Position numbers and translations under genes: made by a program
The notes under the pieces: generated by a model
Seen by the model: the letters and a program-made list of their open reading frames with translations, nothing else
Told to the model about the DNA's origin: nothing
Database searches by the model: none
Origin: Ginglymostoma cirratum
Taxonomy: Eukaryota
Reading direction: 5' to 3'
Length of the DNA: 64,000 nt
NCBI GenBank assembly: GCA_024137785.1
Contig: JAHRHZ010000140.1
Span: 19,267,707 to 19,331,706 of the forward strand
Shown: positions 11,266 to 24,185 of the stretch, in pieces
Layout: the number at the start of each line of letters is the position of its first letter
How positions within the stretch are numbered: position 1 is the first letter of the stretch

Positions 11266-12931
11266 GAGATAACAAGGTGTAGAGCTGGATGAACACAGCA
11301 GGCCAGGCAGCATCAGAAGAGCAGGAAAGCTGACATTTCAGGTCTGGATCCTTCTTCAGAAATGGGGCAGGGGAAGGGGTCTCTGAAATAAATAGAGAGG
11401 GGGAGGCGATGATGGAAGGTGGATAAAGGAGCTGATAGGTGGAGAAAAGATGGGCAGATCAAGGGGGCGGGGTGGAGCCAGTAAAGGTGAGTGTAGGTAG
11501 GGAGTTGGGATGGGGGTTGGTCAGTTGGGAAGGAGGGAAGATGGACAGGTCAAGGAGGCAGGGATGAGGCTCGTAGGTAGGAAGTGGGGGTGGAGGTTGG
11601 TCAATGGATAGTTGGGAGAAAAGACGGACAGGTCAAGGAGGCAGGGACGAGCTGGGCTGGTCTTGGGATGAGGTAGGGGGTGGGGAGATTTTGAAGCTTG
11701 TGAAGTCAACATCGAGACCATTAGGCTGTAGGGTTCCCAAGCGAATTGAGGTGCTGTTCCTGCAGTCTTTGGCATCGTTGTGATACTGGAGGAGACCTAT
11801 GATGGACATGTCGTCTAAGGAGTGGGAGGGGGAGTTGAAGTGGTTTGCGACTGGGAGGTGCAGTCGTTTGTCACGAACCAAGCGTAGGTGCTCCACAAAG
11901 CGGTCTCCAAGCCTTCGCTTGGTTTCCCTGATGTAGAGGAGATCACATCGGGAACAGCAGATACAATATACCACGTTAACACATGTGCAGGTCAACATCT
12001 GTTTAAGGTGGAAGGTTTTCTTAGGGCCTGGGATGGGGATGAGGCGGGGAGGGGGGTGTAGGGGCAGGTGTAGCACTTCCTGTGGTTGCAGGGAAAAGTG
12101 CCAGGGGTGGTGGGGCTGGAGGGCAGTGTGGAGCAGACAAGGGAGTCACAGAGAGAGCAGTCCCTCCGGAAGGCAGATAAGGGTGGGGAGGGAAAAATGT
12201 CCTTGGTGGTGGGGTCAGATTGCAGGTGGCAGAAGTGGCGGAGGATGATGCGTTGAATCCCGAGGTTGGTGGGGTGATATGCGAGGATGAGGGGGATTCT
12301 GGTCATTGTTGTTATTGTGGGAAGGAGATGTGAAGGATGAGTTGCGGGAAACACAAGAGATTTGGTCAAGGGCATGGAACACCTACGCTCGGTTCATGAC
12401 AAACGACTGCACCTCCCAGTCGCAAACCACTTCAACTCCCCCTCCCACTCCTTGGATGACATGTCCATCCTAGGCCTTCTCCAGTGTCACAACGACACCA
12501 ATCGAAGGCTGCAGGAACAGCACCTCATATTTGACTTGGGAACTCTACAGCCCCATGGTCTCAATGTGGGGTTCACAAGCTTCAAAATCTCCCCACCCCG
12601 ACCTCAACCCAAGACTAGCCCAGCTCATCCGCACCTCCTTGACCTGTCCGTCTTTTCTCCCACACAACTAACTAACCCCCCATCCCAACTCCCTACCTGC
12701 ACTCACCTTTACTGGCTCCATCCCCACCCTCTTGACCTGCCCGTCTTTTCTCCACCTAACAGCTCCGTTATTCACCTTCCATCGTCGCCTCCCCCTCTCT
12801 CTATTTTTTTCAGAGTCCCCTTCCCTTCCCCCATTTCTGAAGAAGGGTCCAGATCTGAAACGTCAGCTTTCCTGCTCCTCTGATGCTGCCTGGCCTGCTG
12901 CGTTCAATCCAGCTCGACACCTTGTTCTCTC
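11266..12931. mobile_element. Inverted pair of PLE 3' portions (minus arm 11266-12372, plus arm 12375-12931)
   Basis: GIY-YIG remnants on both strands (LTCTCVNVVYCICCSRCDLLYIRETKRRLGDRFVEH; EHLRSVHDKRLHLPVANHFNS). Outer termini are reverse complements; hammerhead-like core CTGAAGAagggtccagatctGAAACGTC at 12837-12864. Confidence 0.88.
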
Positions 12932-12934
12932 AAT

Positions 12935-13366
12935 ATAAGGAGTTTAACAAACATTTCAGTCCAGAAGTGTTTGATTAAAATCTCTGAAGGAGTTATTTGA
13001 AACTGAGAAAGTTTAAGCTCAATTGAGTAAAAGGTCTAGGAAGAGGCTGTCAAGAGGTTCTCAAGACTGGGAGTCAAAGCCACAGTTAAAATAAGCACTA
13101 TAGAGATTAAAGAGGAGGAAATTCCTCCTGATATGAATACTGTGCTTTTGAGATTAACAGTATTATATCTTGAGTTGTTTTGAAACCTTTAAACCTATAT
13201 CACATGTAAATAGTTTGATTTCTGTTTTTTCACAAACAAAATCTCCAGCATTGCATGCTAAGGCTTCACTGAGAATCCAGCTTGTCAAAACCAAATAAAA
13301 ACAAAAAGCCAGATTTCACACTGGGATCTGACAAGTCCAGTCATGACATCAGCTGCAATCATAACA
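12935..13366 (+). mobile_element. 3' part of LTR-like repeat (second copy)
   Basis: Similar to 4130-4161 plus 7012-7385; ends in TAACA. Confidence 0.45.
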
Positions 13367-14542
13367 AAACAGATTCATGTCAACCAAACTAGGTTAAGAA
13401 TAACAGACTCCCTTGATTGAAGAAAAAAAACTATTGAACAAGATAGGTTTTATGACAATTGATGATGGTTGACATTGTCACCATTAGTGATGCTAGCCTT
13501 TTATTCCACATTTTTTATTAATTGAATTTAAATTCCACCAGCTCCTGAAGGGAAGGTTTTAATTTATATCACAGGGCACTAACCTGGACCTTTGGATTAA
13601 CAGTCCAGAGGCATTACCATCATATCACATTTCACTCCTTCAATCCCAAGAACAGAGCTGTAATTTTACATCTATTAACATTGGGTAAAGAGTACTTTTT
13701 TTTTTAAATGCTCCACAGCTTGGTTTTGATCTGTGACTCCTGCGTTTCAAGTTGTTCACAGGCTTGGGATTTGGCAATTTGAAATTAAGAGCAGTCTTCA
13801 AATGTCCATGATTTCAGGTTCAGCTCTTATCTGTTACAATGCAAAATATGTGTCTGATAATAACTGTTCAATTTTTAACTGTGTCCCTTTGTACAGGTTT
13901 TACTCAACTATACAGCTGGTGTTTTCTTCTGAAGGAGAGATTAAACCAAGGTCCAATTTGCCAGTTATTTTTTTATTTACTCACGGGACATGGGTGTCAT
14001 TGGCTAGCCAGCATTTATTGCCTTTCCCCAGTTGTCCTTCAGAAGATGGTGGTGAACCGCTACAAAAAATTTTACTAGTAATGTGGTGGAACAAATTCAA
14101 GCTTAGCGTATGTTCATCAGTTTTAGTCTGCGGTTTGAACACATCCAAATTTTAGATTGTGAACTCAGCAGGGTCTCCCTTTCACAAATGGCTTGAAAAT
14201 CTTTATTTTAAAAATATAGATGGCATGATCAGTAAACCCTGGATGGCATCAGGTCCAGGGATCCTAGGATTTGGGGTCAAATTAATCGTTAGCCAGGAAT
14301 TAGACAAGTTTTTAATCCTCTACCTTTTCCTGGGCAATTATTAAGCTTAAGTGTGCTGCAACCATCAAAATTTATGATACTGAGGAGCTTTCTTGAAGGG
14401 TTGTAGACGCTTGTTGGAATTTACAATTTACTATGCAATTCCCTTAATATCCACTCCATTTACAATTCCACGTGGTCCGAACATGGAACTCCAGTCTGCA
14501 GTGCTGCCACAGTTATCTAGCCATCTGAATATTTTGGCCATA

Positions 14543-14731
14543 TTTACATAATAAAACAAAGAATTGCATGTGATGGAGATCTGAAACAAAAACAGAAATG
14601 TTTGGAGAAACTCTGCAGGTCTGTGAGGGGAAAGCAGAGTTAATGTTTCAAGTCTGGTGATTCTTCAATGGAACTCATTTCTCCAGCAATTTTAGTTCTC
14701 TGGGATCCACAGTTCTTTGCTTTATTATGTA
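14543..14731. mobile_element. Older, internally deleted PLE-derived inverted-repeat element
   Basis: Ends tacataataaaacaaagaattg ... cagttctttgctttattatgta are imperfect reverse complements; interior matches the PLE terminal repeat. Confidence 0.6.
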
Positions 14732-15644
14732 ATTATTGCCTTCATTATATCCCGCACAGTTTGGTATTTCCAGAAAAATAAAATCTCCTGCATTGATTTA
14801 ACATTTTTGTCAACCATAGAAGGTGAAGCATTTTACCACAATGACATCATTTTGAAAGATTAGTTCTTGCTGCAATGTGGACAACTTAAATGCTATTTTT
14901 AATTGTCACAAAACCATAGGATTTAGATGCTACCTCTCCCAATGCTGTGCAGAGAAAACAGTGAAAATTTATAGCAAGAATGTTTTATCATTAGAATGCA
15001 AATTTGGGGTAGCCCATCAGTACAAATATCCTTATTTTTTTCTCCAACTAAAAAATGCTGGATTCTAATAATCACATTCTTATTGTTTCAGAATTGTACT
15101 TAAATCTTTACCTTTTCCAGAAACATTGATGTTATGTAATTGGATGCCATTAGCAAAGTTCATGAGTTTGAATGGATAAATCACATTTTCTCATTCTTGA
15201 CCATTCTTGAATTTAAATATCTATCAAAGTTCGGGATTGGTAATTGCAACATTAGTGCATAAATGAATGAAAATATTTCCAAATATAGGAGCCAGCATAT
15301 TCACTAGAGCACATACAGCAAAATAATTAGTTGAGTAGACAATTTGACCAGTATACCAAAACAAATCTAGAGTTTCAGATTTTATTCTTAACACATTTAG
15401 TTATGCAAAAATATCTTGCCCATTTCCCTTACTTATTATTTTTCCTCTATATAAAGTACTTTTAACTTCTTCCTATATATAAAGTATCTAAATTAGAACA
15501 AGCTTACATTTATCAAGTGAAAGAAACAAAAATCAAGTATTGAAAATGGTTCTAGCTGCTTTAACTCTACAGCACGTCTGCCCTCTAGAGTACAAAATGA
15601 AGATTAAAATATTAGACAAACACAGAAAGCACGTGATTAATTGA

Positions 15645-16582
15645 AAGTACAATACAGGATGCTGGAAACATGAAATATAAACAGAAAATGCTGAAGAATC
15701 TAAACAGGATTGGCAGCAATTGTGGAGAGGGAAACAGAGTTAACATAGATTCCAAAGGCTCTTCTTCAGAACAACTCTGAAGTTCCAAAGATGCCCTTTG
15801 GACTGAGAGTCATAGAGATGTACAGCACAGAAACAGACCCTTTGGTCCAACTCATCCATGCCAACCAGATATCCGAAATTAATCTAGTCCCATTTTCCAG
15901 CATTTGGCCCATTTCCCTCTAAACCCTTCCTATTCAAAACACATCTCAAACCTATGCCTTCTCGTATTGGACTTCCCCACCTTGAGGAAAAGACCTTGTC
16001 TATTTACCCTATTCATGCCCCTCACAATTTTATAAACCTCTATAAGGTCACTCCTCAGCCTCCGATGCTCCCGGCAAAATAGCCCCAGCCTATTCAGCCC
16101 CTCCCTATAGCTCAAACTTCTCCAACCCTGGCAACATCCTTGTAAATCTTTCTGAAGCCTTTCAAGTTTCACAACATCCTTCCTATAGCAGGGAGATCAG
16201 AACTGAATGCATTATCCAAAAGTGGCCGAAGCAATGTCCTGTACAGCCACAACATGACCTTCCAACTCCTATTCTCAATGCAACGACCAATAAAGGCAAG
16301 CATTCCAAACGTCTTCTTTACTATCCTACCTACCTGCGAGTCCACTTTGAAGAAACTATGAACTTGCACTCCATGGTCTCTTTGTTCAGCAACATTCCCC
16401 AGGTCCTGCCCTGATTTGCCTTTCCAAAATGCAGCACCTCACACTTATCTAAATTACACTCCATCTACCACTTCTCGGCCTATTGGCCCATTGACCCATC
16501 TGATCTTGAAGCATTAACTGTTTTTCTTTCCACAGATGCTACCAGACCTATTGAGTTTCTCCAGTATTTTCTGTATTTATTA
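15645..16582. mobile_element. Old PLE-derived inverted-repeat element split by a CR1 insertion
   Basis: Left arm 15645-15804 and right arm 16500-16582 are diverged reverse complements (aaacagagttaac / ttaactgtttttc). Confidence 0.55.
15805..16497 (-). mobile_element. CR1/HER1 LINE 3' end
   Basis: ORFs LSYREGLNRLGLF..RRLRSDLIEVYKI and MLAFIGRCIENRSWKVMLWLYRTL; tail ...catctctatgactc. Confidence 0.85.
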
Positions 16583-17051
16583 CAGTAAATACATGACTTC
16601 AGGCACATTACAATTCAAAGACGTGTTTCATAAGAGCACCTTGTGAAGAAACCTCAAGACAGGTTGCGAGAGTCAAGTTGTCACATTTTAGAAATGTAAG
16701 AATATAAAAAGTAACCATGGAACATTGAAAACTAACCCTGACACAAATTTAGTATAGTCATCTCAAATGATAGACAATTTTACATCATGAAAGTATATAT
16801 CACAGAACAAGGTGTGAACAAAGTATGTGAACAAGAGCAAAACATTGGCGACCAAACAGAATGCAAGGTGGTGGTGAGGAAGGGGGTTAGAAGGATAGAC
16901 TAGAAGATCCAGGCTTGAAGGAGACTTTTGAGAGAGGAACCAAGTCACAAAAACTGACAGATGCTTGTACAATGCCCCGTAGTATGTACTGAAAAAAAGT
17001 TTGCCTCTGAAGCTGAAAGCAGAATGAATAAAAACAAGACTCAAAAGGCAG

Positions 17052-17616
17052 AGATAAAAGGTACTGCAGATGCTGGAGAATCCGAGATAACAAGCATGGG
17101 GCTGGATGAANNNNNNNNNNNNNNNNNNNNNNNNNNNNNNNNNNNNNNNNNNNNNNNNNNNNNNNNNNNNNNNNNNNNNNNNNNNNNNNNNNNNNNNNNN
17201 NNNNNNNNNNNNNNNNNNNNNNNNNNNNNNNNNNNNNNNNNNNNNNNNNNNNNNNNNNNNNNNNNNNNNNNNNNNNNNNNNNNNNNNNNNNNNNNNNNNN
17301 NNNNNNNNNNNNNNNNNNNNNNNNNNNNNNNNNNNNNNNNNNNNNNNNNNNNNNNNNNNNNNNNNNNNNNNNNNNNNNNNNNNNNNNNNNNNNNNNNNNN
17401 NNNNNNNNNNNNNNNNNNNNNNNNNNNNNNNNNNNNNNNNNNNNNNNNNNNNNNNNNNNNNNNNNNNNNNNNNNNNNNNNNNNNNNNNNNNNNNNNNNNN
17501 NNNNNNNNNNCCTAAACCCTTCATCAGATGAAGGGTTTAGGCCCGAAACGTCAAGTTTTCCTGCTCCTATGTGCTGCTTGACCTGCTGTATTCATCCAGC
17601 CCCATGCTTGTTATCT
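17052..17616 (-). mobile_element. PLE-derived hairpin element spanning a 400-N gap
   Basis: Perfect 16-bp TSD aagactcaaaaggcag (17036-17051, 17617-17632); nearly identical to 51750-51952. Confidence 0.85.
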
Positions 17617-17849
17617 AAGACTCAAAAGGCAGTCAGACTTGTAAATATCACAAGCAGCCTTTCACAACTGAGGCTGGACACCATACAAGTTCAAGCTAAA
17701 AAACATTTATGCATTTAGTATCAAAAATTATTCACATCACGCTACATCCACCTCCCTCCAATCTAAAGTCATTGATGCCATCCCTAGGTCCTGCAGAAAT
17801 TTGACTTATCAGCCTGATTATGTTCTTAATGCCTCTAGAGAAGGTTGAT

Positions 17850-20400
17850 TGTATTGTATTGTAGAATGAGTGTCTTCCTGCAGATGCACATATGAACCAG
17901 TTAATCAGTTAGTCAGGCTGTCATCCTGTCATCTAGGTAAACTGGTCCAGTCCAGTGGTGTTTGTTAAGTAATAAATTGCTGTCCAGAGCATTAGTGAGC
18001 TCCCTAGTTCTTGAACGTTTCATCGAATTTGTATGTCGCGCTGATCTACAAGATCTAGACAATATCCAAGCCTTGGCTGACAAGTTACAAGGCCTGCTAA
18101 TGGACACCAGCACACATGTTTCTCCTGATTGCCCCACTGATCAGGTGATCCTAAGAAAGTGGATGAATTGATTGGCTCAAAACCTAGCTTTTCCAATTTT
18201 TACGAAAAATACAAATAGACTCTCCTGGCTGGAATGATGGTAAGACTTGTGCTTTTTGGAAATAATTGTAGTGCAATTTGTTCAAGTACTATTTCAGAAT
18301 GCAACTGCCAGTAACATGCAATGACCAGTATGTAATATAAACCTGGCATCTGTAAAAAGTCAACATAAGCTTTCTGGAATGCACAAATTTCTTCAGTTTC
18401 TAGCTAGCTGCTACGTGATATAGGAAGCAAAGGATTCTGCACAATATATCTGGAACTGTGAGGACTACCCCAGTGGAGTGTGGGTCAACACATCTGCAGC
18501 ATGGATATGCTCTGTAGTAACGTCAAATACCACATATCATGAGCAAAACCTATACATTCAAGGAAGTATTTTCATCAATTCTTTGGTACTGAGCATGTCC
18601 AATGACTTATAGTCTGTCTGAATAGTAAACTAGAGGTCTAGTATGTCAAAGTCCTGAGGCACAGCATATCAATCTTTGAGAACCCTTTTACTCAATTTGG
18701 AATAATATAGCTCCTGGCCTAATGAAAGCATATAAGTCACAACAATGGTGGATCATTCTGGGTCATAGTGAGCCAGTGTTTCTATTGAAATAAGCATATC
18801 CTTGATTTTATAAATGTTCCTTTCAGTGCCTGGCCTGGCTCTGCTTAAGCAGTTGGCACAGATGCTCTTGACGTGCACTAAACTGGACAGGAACTTCCTC
18901 AATTGGAGCTCTAGAGCATTAAGAGGTAGAGGGAAATCAATCATGGCTCTTGTTTTCTGGGAGTCATCTGGATACTGTGCACTTTTATGGCTAATTGAAA
19001 GGCTGGTGGTCTGAAAGTACTACAATACTGACTCTGCCATCTTGATCCAAAAAGTGTTACATCCCTGAATGAGATTGTCATCCATGTGACAGATTACCCC
19101 TGTGCCCTTCCAAAATGCTGGCCAAAAGTTACAAGAAAATCTCAGGCACTGAAGCAATTCCAACTGGTAGCTGTTTGAGGCAATATTGCCCAAAGTATGA
19201 AATACATTGTTAGCAACTTGAATTGTTCACTTAACAGCTGCTGCTCGAAACTGAAGGTCCAAAGAAGTGTCAACTTTATTTCTCCATGTGCAAATGCTTC
19301 CTGATCTACTGAGTTTCTCCAATACTTGGTTTTTATTTAGAAATTCTAAACTTGAAAGCAACCTGTTGTCCAGGTTAATAATGAGCATTCTTATTTTGAA
19401 AAACAAACAGCTTCTGCCATTTCCCTTCCATTATACTGTAGCATAGCAGTCAAGGAAAGGCGACAGTCGACTGGTATTATCACTGGACTGTTAATCCAGA
19501 GGACCCCAGTAAAGTTACAGAGACCTGAGTTCCAAACACGTCATGGCAAATGGCAGAATTTGAATTCAATAAATATTAGAATTAGCAGTCTATTGGTGAC
19601 CAAAAAACTGTTGTTTCATTTCCTTTAGGGAGGGAAATTGTATCCTTACCTTGTCTGGCCTACATGTGACTCCAGACCCATAGCAATGTCGTTGATTCTT
19701 AACTGCCCTCAGTTAAATGCTCCCAGACTGTAAAATTATATAATTTAAGAATAGAGAAAATCAGGCTTCAATCGCTTTTGTATTAGGAAGATTTGACACT
19801 TGTACTCCCACGTCACTTTGGAAATTTCTTCTGCGGCCTTTGAACATAATGTCAGCACACCGAAAATCTTCCTTGGGCTTTGTCCAGACCCAAAAAAGGC
19901 ATTTTAAGATCACCCATATCCTCTAGCTCGTGGACACAGTTGGACCTAACAGATTTCCCTTTACATTTTTGATTTGGAGTTCCAAGTTTTCTGCTGTGGC
20001 ATGATGCTTTAAAAGATCACCTCTTCTTGCAGAAGTGGGACACTGCTAATAACTGATCAAGCCTCGACTTTTCCCAACAAAACTGGACAAGGAGTAAAAG
20101 CAGTGACTGCCCCTCTGCCTTCCAATTCTGCTATGTAGGCATTCTGGGCATCCTCCCATCTCCATGCTAAGCTGTTGCCCAATAAACTCTACTCGCATAA
20201 GTATAAACTTTTTCTACTGCACCTTGGATGTCCACACCAAATTTCTCCCAGTCTAAAATGGTGCCCCTTTGAAACCTGAAGTATGAATCAAAGGCTGTAA
20301 TTACCTCCTCACATTTAGCAATTTCTTCATCAACCCATTGCCACATTAAAATATGATTGATTGATTGATGTTGCTGATTATATACAGAGCACACTGATCT
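17850..20400 (-). mobile_element. Highly decayed Ty3/Gypsy gag-pol relic (interrupted)
   Basis: Minus-strand motif order: gag-like VITAFDSYF (about 20280), RT GVICHMDDNLIQG (about 19062-19100), connection IKDMLISIETLAHYDP, RNase H-like FTIQTDYKSL (about 18600-18630). Confidence 0.6.
19455..19712 (+). mobile_element. Second SINE family copy
   Basis: ggtattatcactggactgttaatccag...ctgagttccaaac...ccttaccttgtctggcctacatgtgactccagaccc. Confidence 0.7.
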
Positions 20401-20812
20401 AAATAAAAACTATAAGAATTGTGGATGTAGTAAATCAGGAACAAAAATAGAAGTTGCTGTAAAGGTTCAGCAGGTCTGGCAGCATCTGTAAAGAAAAATC
20501 AGAGTTAACATTTTGGGGCCAGTGACCCTTCCTCGGAACTGATGGCAGCTGGGAAAATGTCAGTTTAAATGCAGCACGGGGCGGGGGGGAGCGGGGGATG
20601 GGTGGAGGTGGTGGGGAAGTAAACAATAGGTTGGGATAGAGCCTGAAGAGGGAGAACAGTTGGACAAACAAAGGAACAATCTGGCAAGGAGGATGAATAG
20701 CTGTTAATGGAGACTTTTAATGGCTAACAATAGGTTGTGTGTAATAGCAGGTTATGTAATAACTAGGCCTGTTGTATGGGGTAGGGGGCCAGGACACAGG
20801 AGAGATGTGGGA
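20401..20812 (-). mobile_element. PLE 3' fragment (same family as 4162-6999), including tail
   Basis: Reverse complement aligns with 6650-6999 and with the tail at 9837-9868. Confidence 0.75.
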
Positions 20813-22125
20813 ATAGCATTGTATCAGACAGATGTAACAAAAAGCCCCCAAAAATGCCAAAGATATAAAGTATGGGGAACTAGCATACATGTGAAAGCTA
20901 ACCCCATGACTGTGAACGATACTGTCAAGGGATTACATAAATAAAAATGAGAGCAAGGCAGGCTGGTGTGATGGAGCTAGTTGGAGAACACAGATGATAA
21001 AGATGCAGAGTGATCAATTATGTCAAATACCAAAGAAGGATTAAGGAGACTGCAAAGAAATAGTGCAATGGTTACACTCACACAATATATCATTTATAAC
21101 TTCAATGAAGATGGTCTTGGTGCTGCAGGAAAATAGAAACAGGATTGAAAAGAATGGAAAGAGAGAGCTTTAAAACAAGAAGCGTGGAGTTGGTCATAAC
21201 AACAGATCACGTTAGGCCAGGACAATTCAAAGATGGAATAAGAGCAGAGCAAGGAAAATCCATTTCAAGGGAGGAAACTAGTGGAAGACTTAAAAGTTGG
21301 GGCACCAGATCTGAAAGGTAGAGAGCAATTAAAATGGCAGACAGCATTGGGTCAGGTAAATACACCTACTGAATACAAAGTCAGTAAGCAGGCAAAGCCA
21401 CAAAGGAAGTGTCTTAGAGAAGACCAACAGCAGGAGGACTGGGAAGAAAAAAAGAGTAGGCATGTAATGACAGAGGGTCTGGGTAAGGAGATGGCTAAAT
21501 CTGTTTAGCAGACATTGATCTTTGAAAGTATAAAAACAAGTTCCTTATTGGTGCCAAAAATGGAAAATGGGAGTGCACAAGAATTTGAAGCAAACAAGGA
21601 AGTTTACAAATTTCTACTTCAAGAAACTTCGTTTTTTTTAAAAAAAACTGTAAACCAGGAATAGAGTAGCAACAAATATTTTGTACAGATTTTCTTTTTC
21701 ATGCTGACATTTTCAAGTTCTGTTCCGCTGATATTCAAAACTGGACAGTGCAATCTACCATCTGACCAACACAAAAAGCTAATTGTGTGTGAGCAGGAAT
21801 GCAGACACAGAAAATAACTGCTCATTTGGCGCATAACACGTAAACATGATTTACTATGTAAACTGTTCAGATACAATTCAACAAATGTAACTCAAGTGTG
21901 AGCAACCTAGAGTGAAAATTTCAATTGTTTTGTTATATACAGTCAAGTCCCAATTAAGATCTTCATACAGAAATTTACAATTTTATCATCAATATCAAAT
22001 GATAGATTGCCTGTTCTGGTTTCACAACCTTAAAAACGCCCCATTTCTTTTTTAACTATTTTCATTTTTTTTAAAAAAAGAAATCATGCTGAACACTTCT
22101 GTATTGAGGTAAGTTAAAAACTTAC

Positions 22126-22339
22126 CAACTGGTTTTTCACAAACTAGACCACTTGCCATTTCAGTGCACGCATAAGCCTTCAATCCAACAATTTCAGCTC
22201 TTACTAGATATGCACAGAAACCAGAGTCATTGGGTTCACCAGGGAGCCACTGCAGAGTTGTGTTTGTAAAAGGTGACATATCTTCCCAGCCCCAGTAGGA
22301 GATGTTAATTTTGCGCAATCCAACCCAAGGTGATATTTT
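22126..22339 (-). CDS. ATRNL1: ATRNL1 exon, 214 nt (C-type lectin, C-terminal part)
   Basis: gatag|AAA ATA TCA CCT TGG...CCA GTT G|gtaagt; KISPWVGLRKINISYWGWEDMSPFTNTTLQWLPGEPNDSGFCAYL...CEKPV. Confidence 0.96.
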
Positions 22340-23439
22340 CTATCATAACAAAGGCAAAAGAGAAGGAACAATTAGCCTTTTCATTAAACAACTTACATTT
22401 TCTCCAGATTTAAATCAATACTGTTCTGATATATTTTTTCTGCTCTGGTTATGCTTAGCTTCATTGATTTTCTTTTACAGGAACATAATTTGAATATATT
22501 CCAGTTAACAGTTCATTTCTTACAATCCACTGTAAAACAGCCATTAATAATGGCTCCAATTTACCATAGATAGCAGGTTATTTGCATTGTACACCATTCC
22601 ACGTGACATCTGCTCAGTATCAAAAAAGGCTGCCACACTTTCCTTTGATTTCTGTAACATTGACAAACAGGTTTGATATTTTATAAAGCTGTTGTATAGA
22701 GGAGGTTCCCAATATATTATCATCCGGGAGTTTGGATGCGAAAGCAGAGGTGAATAATTTAGTGCATTACAAATAACAGTAGAAGGGAGAAACAAGATTA
22801 GGCTGCTGTTTAGCAACAATGTGTCCTCTTGCACAGGAAGACAGGAACAGAAATAAGTGCACTTAAGAAGGCAGCATACAGGTTTCTTTTAAAGGGAAAC
22901 AGGTAAGTTAAGAGAAACAATCTGTAACAGCAACAGTGTAGTTAAATTATCTCCAGAACAATCCTGGAAGTGGCTCTGGGTGATTTCGAAGTTAAATTAA
23001 AGGCTCCAGAGGTAGGAGGCTTCAAGGTTTTAAGAAGAAAGCATTCTGCAAGACTGTCGATTGCACAAGTTTGTGAAATATATTAAGGAGTAAGTGAACT
23101 GAGGTAGCAGCTTTTTCAGGAATGTGGCATATACGAAAGAAGACAGCATCGAGTGAATGCAGATGACAGCATGATAACAGCAGGGACAAATTAAAAAGCA
23201 AACAGTGGAAACTGGGATATCTTCACTGAGGTTTCAGGATCTAAGAAGTGGTTATTGAGGGCTTAAAGGATTGAATCTCTATTTATGACATTTGTATTAA
23301 GCCATTTTTAAATTATTCTTGAATAGTGCAACAGGGAGTTTTTCTTGATTTTGTGTATGTCGAATTTGGATGTTCTTTTTAAAAACAAAATTGGTCATCT
23401 CTTGTGAATATGTCCAGCGATTTTTTTTTTTAAATGGAG

Positions 23440-24185
23440 AGGCTCTCTAAAAATGTGCAACAGAGAAGAATCTGAGTGTTCTTGTGGGCAAAACACAAAA
23501 AAAAAATTAGCATGCAAGCGCGGCAAGTAATTAAGACAGCAAATGCAATTTTGGGCTTTATTGCTAGGGGTTTAGAGTTTATATATATGGAAGTCTTGCT
23601 ACAACTGTACAGGTGTTGGTAAGGTCACACCTAGAGCACTGCGTACAGTTTAGTCCCCATATATGAAAAGGATATGCTGGCATTGGAGGCAGTTGAAAAG
23701 AGATTCAGTAGGCTGACTCCTGGAATGATGGGGTTGACTTATCAAGAATGGCGAAACAGGCTAGGCTTTTATTCATTCGAGTTCAGAAGAATAAGGCAAG
23801 GTCTTATTGAAACATACAAGATTCCAAGACAGCATGACAAAGTACATGTTGTGAAGGGATTTCCAATAATAGGGGAATCTCAAACTAGGGGATATAGCAA
23901 CAGAATAAGGCCATACTTACTTAAAACGGAAGGAATTCCTGCAAAAGAATGTCTTCTCCCAGAAGGTAATGTATGTCTGAAACTGTCTACCCAAAGTGTT
24001 GTGGAAGCTAGCTCACTGAACATATGTAGAAATAGATAGATCTTTCAAACATTAAGGAGTTGAGGACTATGAGGAGCTGCCATGAAAGAAGATTTGATAC
24101 CTGGGGTAGATCAGTCATGATCTTATAGAATGATGGGGCAGACTTGAGGGGCTGAATGGCCAACTCCTGCCCCTGCTTATTATGT
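23440..24185 (+). mobile_element. CR1/HER1 LINE 3' fragment
   Basis: ORF MLALEAVEKRFSRLTPGMMGLTYQEWRNRLGFYSFEFRRIRQGLIETYKI. Confidence 0.85.

Noticed and set aside
11330-11362. Active hammerheads at 11330-11362, 6896-6935, 20500-20540 and 33944-33975
   Set aside because: Core or stem III substitutions (GAAATGTC, AAAACGTT, CCGAGGA/AAAATGTT, CTGAAGG) make these copies likely inactive.
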